NCBI RefSeq assembly: GCF_023055435.1
Contig: NW_025963779.1
Coordinates: 86,676,001 to 86,740,000, forward strand
From: Haliotis rufescens
Lineage: Eukaryota
Direction of reading: 5' to 3'
DNA: 64,000 nt
Shown: positions 61,276 to 64,000 of the stretch, in pieces
How the letters are laid out: each line of letters starts with the position of its first letter
Numbering within the stretch: the stretch's first letter is position 1
Notes under the pieces: generated by a model
Seen by the model: the letters and a program-made list of their open reading frames with translations, nothing else
Database searches by the model: none
What the model was told of the DNA's origin: nothing
Made by a program: the position numbers and the translations under genes

Positions 61276-62161
61276 TAATTACATAAAGCCATGATGAGAC
61301 GAACATGACACATACAGCCTTGGTGAGGCCCTCATCCCCCATGAATCCCCGGACAGCGATTATTTTATTGAGTGAAGCGCCGGTATAATGGCCGTGGCTC
61401 CAACCGTTGCTGCACACCATGTGTTCAAATAATATAATTCCGAACTTGTAATATCTTTGAATGCGGTATTATCAGTTATTCAAGTGTTCTACTCGGTAAC
61501 ATCAATGCTGGGAAATTCCTAAGGACCAAAACATGCAATTGGATTTTTTGGCAACAACTGAAATATAGACGATGATTTATATGTTAAATCATACATTTAT
61601 ATATTTATACATAGTTTCTAGAATTCCCGAAAGACGCTGAACACCTTCCCATTTGACAGCCACCATACAGATGTTGCATGATCAATATATTATTTGAACA
61701 GAGTTATGTTGAAGCGTGAAAGTTTCATCATTAAACGATGTGATGACACCCACAGTTCTCTCTGTGAAATATTCGGAAACTATCCTTCAAACATGACAAT
61801 TAAAACAATGATTTATTTTAAGCAATAAATGACACAAAGAATGGATTGTCTACACGTTGCTGACATGCTGTTCAGGTAGTTCCTAATGGCAATAATATTT
61901 CCCTTAAATAGTGCATGAAAATGAAACCTGACAGATGACATTTGTCAGAGGTTTCCTGTGTCCACAATACTTATTTGTTGCTTATATTGCCCTTCAGAGA
62001 AAGATGAGCTGTAAGTAAACGTTGGAGCACTAGGGCCCGGTGTTTAATGGTGGTGATTGTTAGTCCGAATTCCAAAGCGCAAATATCACATTCATTAACG
62101 TATCACTTGTAAAATTGTCAAATGTTCCACAAGCAATTCTTTCATCGTAGAAAACTATATA

Positions 62162-63293
62162 CACTCTTCAAAAGAGAAACGCACAAGTAGGATGTAGTTC
62201 ATTGAACCTGACGACCCAAAAATCCGGTTTATAAATTAGATATATGTTATTGGAAAATGTTGGCCTGATAGTCAACAAACGGTGCGTCCAAGCGCAGCCA
62301 TTGTTTATTTGCAATGTCTTAAACGGCATTGTTTTCATACTTATTCAAAAATGTCATGGAGGAAAACAGTAAAGCAAAATGCACATGCAAGTTATTGCAT
62401 TCGTAACTCGTGGTAGTGGCTATAAAAAGTCAAGCATAAGCCAATAATTTGTCATTCAATTGTCAACATTTTTCAAGTTCGAAAATGCTGAGACTCAGCG
62501 CTGCCAATCGGGACATCGCCATTGGACGTATCCAAAGAGGGGAATCGCAGTCTTCTGTTGCATGCCTCTTCAACGTCTACCACAGCACCGTTTGCCGCCT
62601 TTAGGACCGATACACACGGTTCAATTCCACTCCACACCGTCCGAGAACCGACCGACCAAGAGTTACCACACAGGATCGCTACATTCGACTGTTCCACCTA
62701 CGTCATCGCAATGCCACAGTTACGGAAACTGCAGGACGCATCCCTGGTTTGAGGAGGATATCGGACCAGACTGTCAGGAACCATCTTCGCGAGGCTGGAA
62801 TCCGACCCTGAAGACCACCATTTATCATCCCTGTTTTGCAACATATCAATCGACAGCGACGCTTGGGTTGGTACCATACCTTACAGGAATTTGGGAAACT
62901 CGAGACGAGTGTGGTTTAGCGAGATGGAAGACAACGTGTTTATCGTCGTCGAAATGAGCGTTTTGCCCCCCATTGTGTACGTGAATTCGACAATGTCGGT
63001 GGCGGTAGTGTCATGGTGTGGGGGCCATATCCTACACTACGAGATCTGACTTGGTTGTGGTTCAGGGAAATTTGAAAGCAACTCGCTACATGAATCAAAT
63101 TCTTCAACCTCACCTTCTTCCAATCATTGACCGCCAGAGGGAGCTGTTTCAACAGGACAATGCTCCACCGCACACATCTCGTGTCACGGTAGACTACCTC
63201 CATAATGCCAACATCAACGATTTCCCCTGGACTTCGAGATCTCCAAATCTCAAACCAATCGAACACCTCTGGCATGAACTCGATCGACGTGTA
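62162..63293 (+). mobile_element. Degenerate Tc1-family DNA transposon
   Basis: TA|cactcttcaaaagagaaacgca left end, TATA at about 62421. Transposase remnants from 62485: MLRLSAANRDIAIGRIQ, GGGSVMVWG, FQQDNAPPH, SPNLKPIEHLW. Frameshifted. Confidence 0.9.
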
Positions 63294-64000
63294 CGAGGGG
63301 CGTTCAATAAGTTTTGCAGCTTGGGCATTTGTGTTTACACAAACAATGTCAACTTGTGGCAGGTGTGACACTCGTCATAACATCAGGTTGACACGTGTCA
63401 TAAAACGTTCTAGACACAACAATAAGTTAGATGTGATGGCTTCATTCACCTAAGGGTGGTCACAAGCATGGATTCTCTCAAACATGAACAACGCGTTGTA
63501 ATATAGTTCCTTACCATGGAGGTATGCAAAGCAAAAGAAATCCATGATCGCATGTGTAAAGTGATGGGTAGGGATGCTCCTGACTATTCCACAGTTTGCC
63601 GTTGGTCTCTACAGTTTAAAAGGGTAGGGAGTCCATAGACAATGACCCAAGGTCTTCAGATGCAACCCAACCGGAAACCATTGCTGCTGTAGAAAGAGGA
63701 ATTTTGTCTGATCGACGAGTGAAAGTTTCTGAACTTTCTAGGGAATTCCAGATATCAGTTGTAACTGTTGTAACCATTATTCACGAGCATCTTGGTATGT
63801 CCAAGGTATCTGCAAGATGGGTACCTAGAAACCTCAGAGCTCAAGATCGCCATCAGAGAACTGAAAGTTGTCGAGACCTCCTGGATCTCTATACTGCTGA
63901 TGAAGCCGGATTTCTTTCTCGTCTAGTGACAGGTGATGAAAGATGGATCCACCACTGGGACCAAGAAACTAATTTGGAATCCATGCAATGGAAGCACCCC
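63294..64000 (+). mobile_element. Degenerate mariner transposon inserted in the Tc1 element (runs off the window)
   Basis: TA|cgaggggcgttcaataagttttgca TIR. Transposase from 63468 with a stop and frameshifts. Motifs KVSARWVPRNL and LVTGDERWIHH. Confidence 0.9.

Overview
Eukaryotic, AT-rich, repeat-laden animal genomic DNA. The SINE repertoire suggests a gastropod mollusc, possibly abalone; this is an inference and not verified. (1) 1-47482 is a three-copy tandem segmental duplication with a period of about 18.5 kb (copy X <1-10289, Y 10290-29055, Z 29056-47482). A complete unit holds a dead LINE, minisatellites and two BTB/POZ genes (A and B) with single-exon CDSs, giving six BTB ORFs in the window. 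The three A genes and B3 end in an unnamed C/H-rich motif, which B1 and B2 have lost by deletion. The copies are mosaics of shared and private indels. (2) About 48570-58990 holds a spliced gene for a secreted SOUL/HEBP2-type heme-binding protein (four coding exons, 205 aa) that the ORF track missed. Its putative promoter is rich in E-boxes. The putative first intron contains a 15 x 121-bp array whose monomer resembles a degenerate hammerhead ribozyme, and two strand-specific hairpins with repeated tandem G.A mismatches. (3) 59198-64000 has minisatellites, a SINE, and a Tc1 transposon with a mariner nested inside it. No CRISPR, rRNA or true tRNA genes were found.
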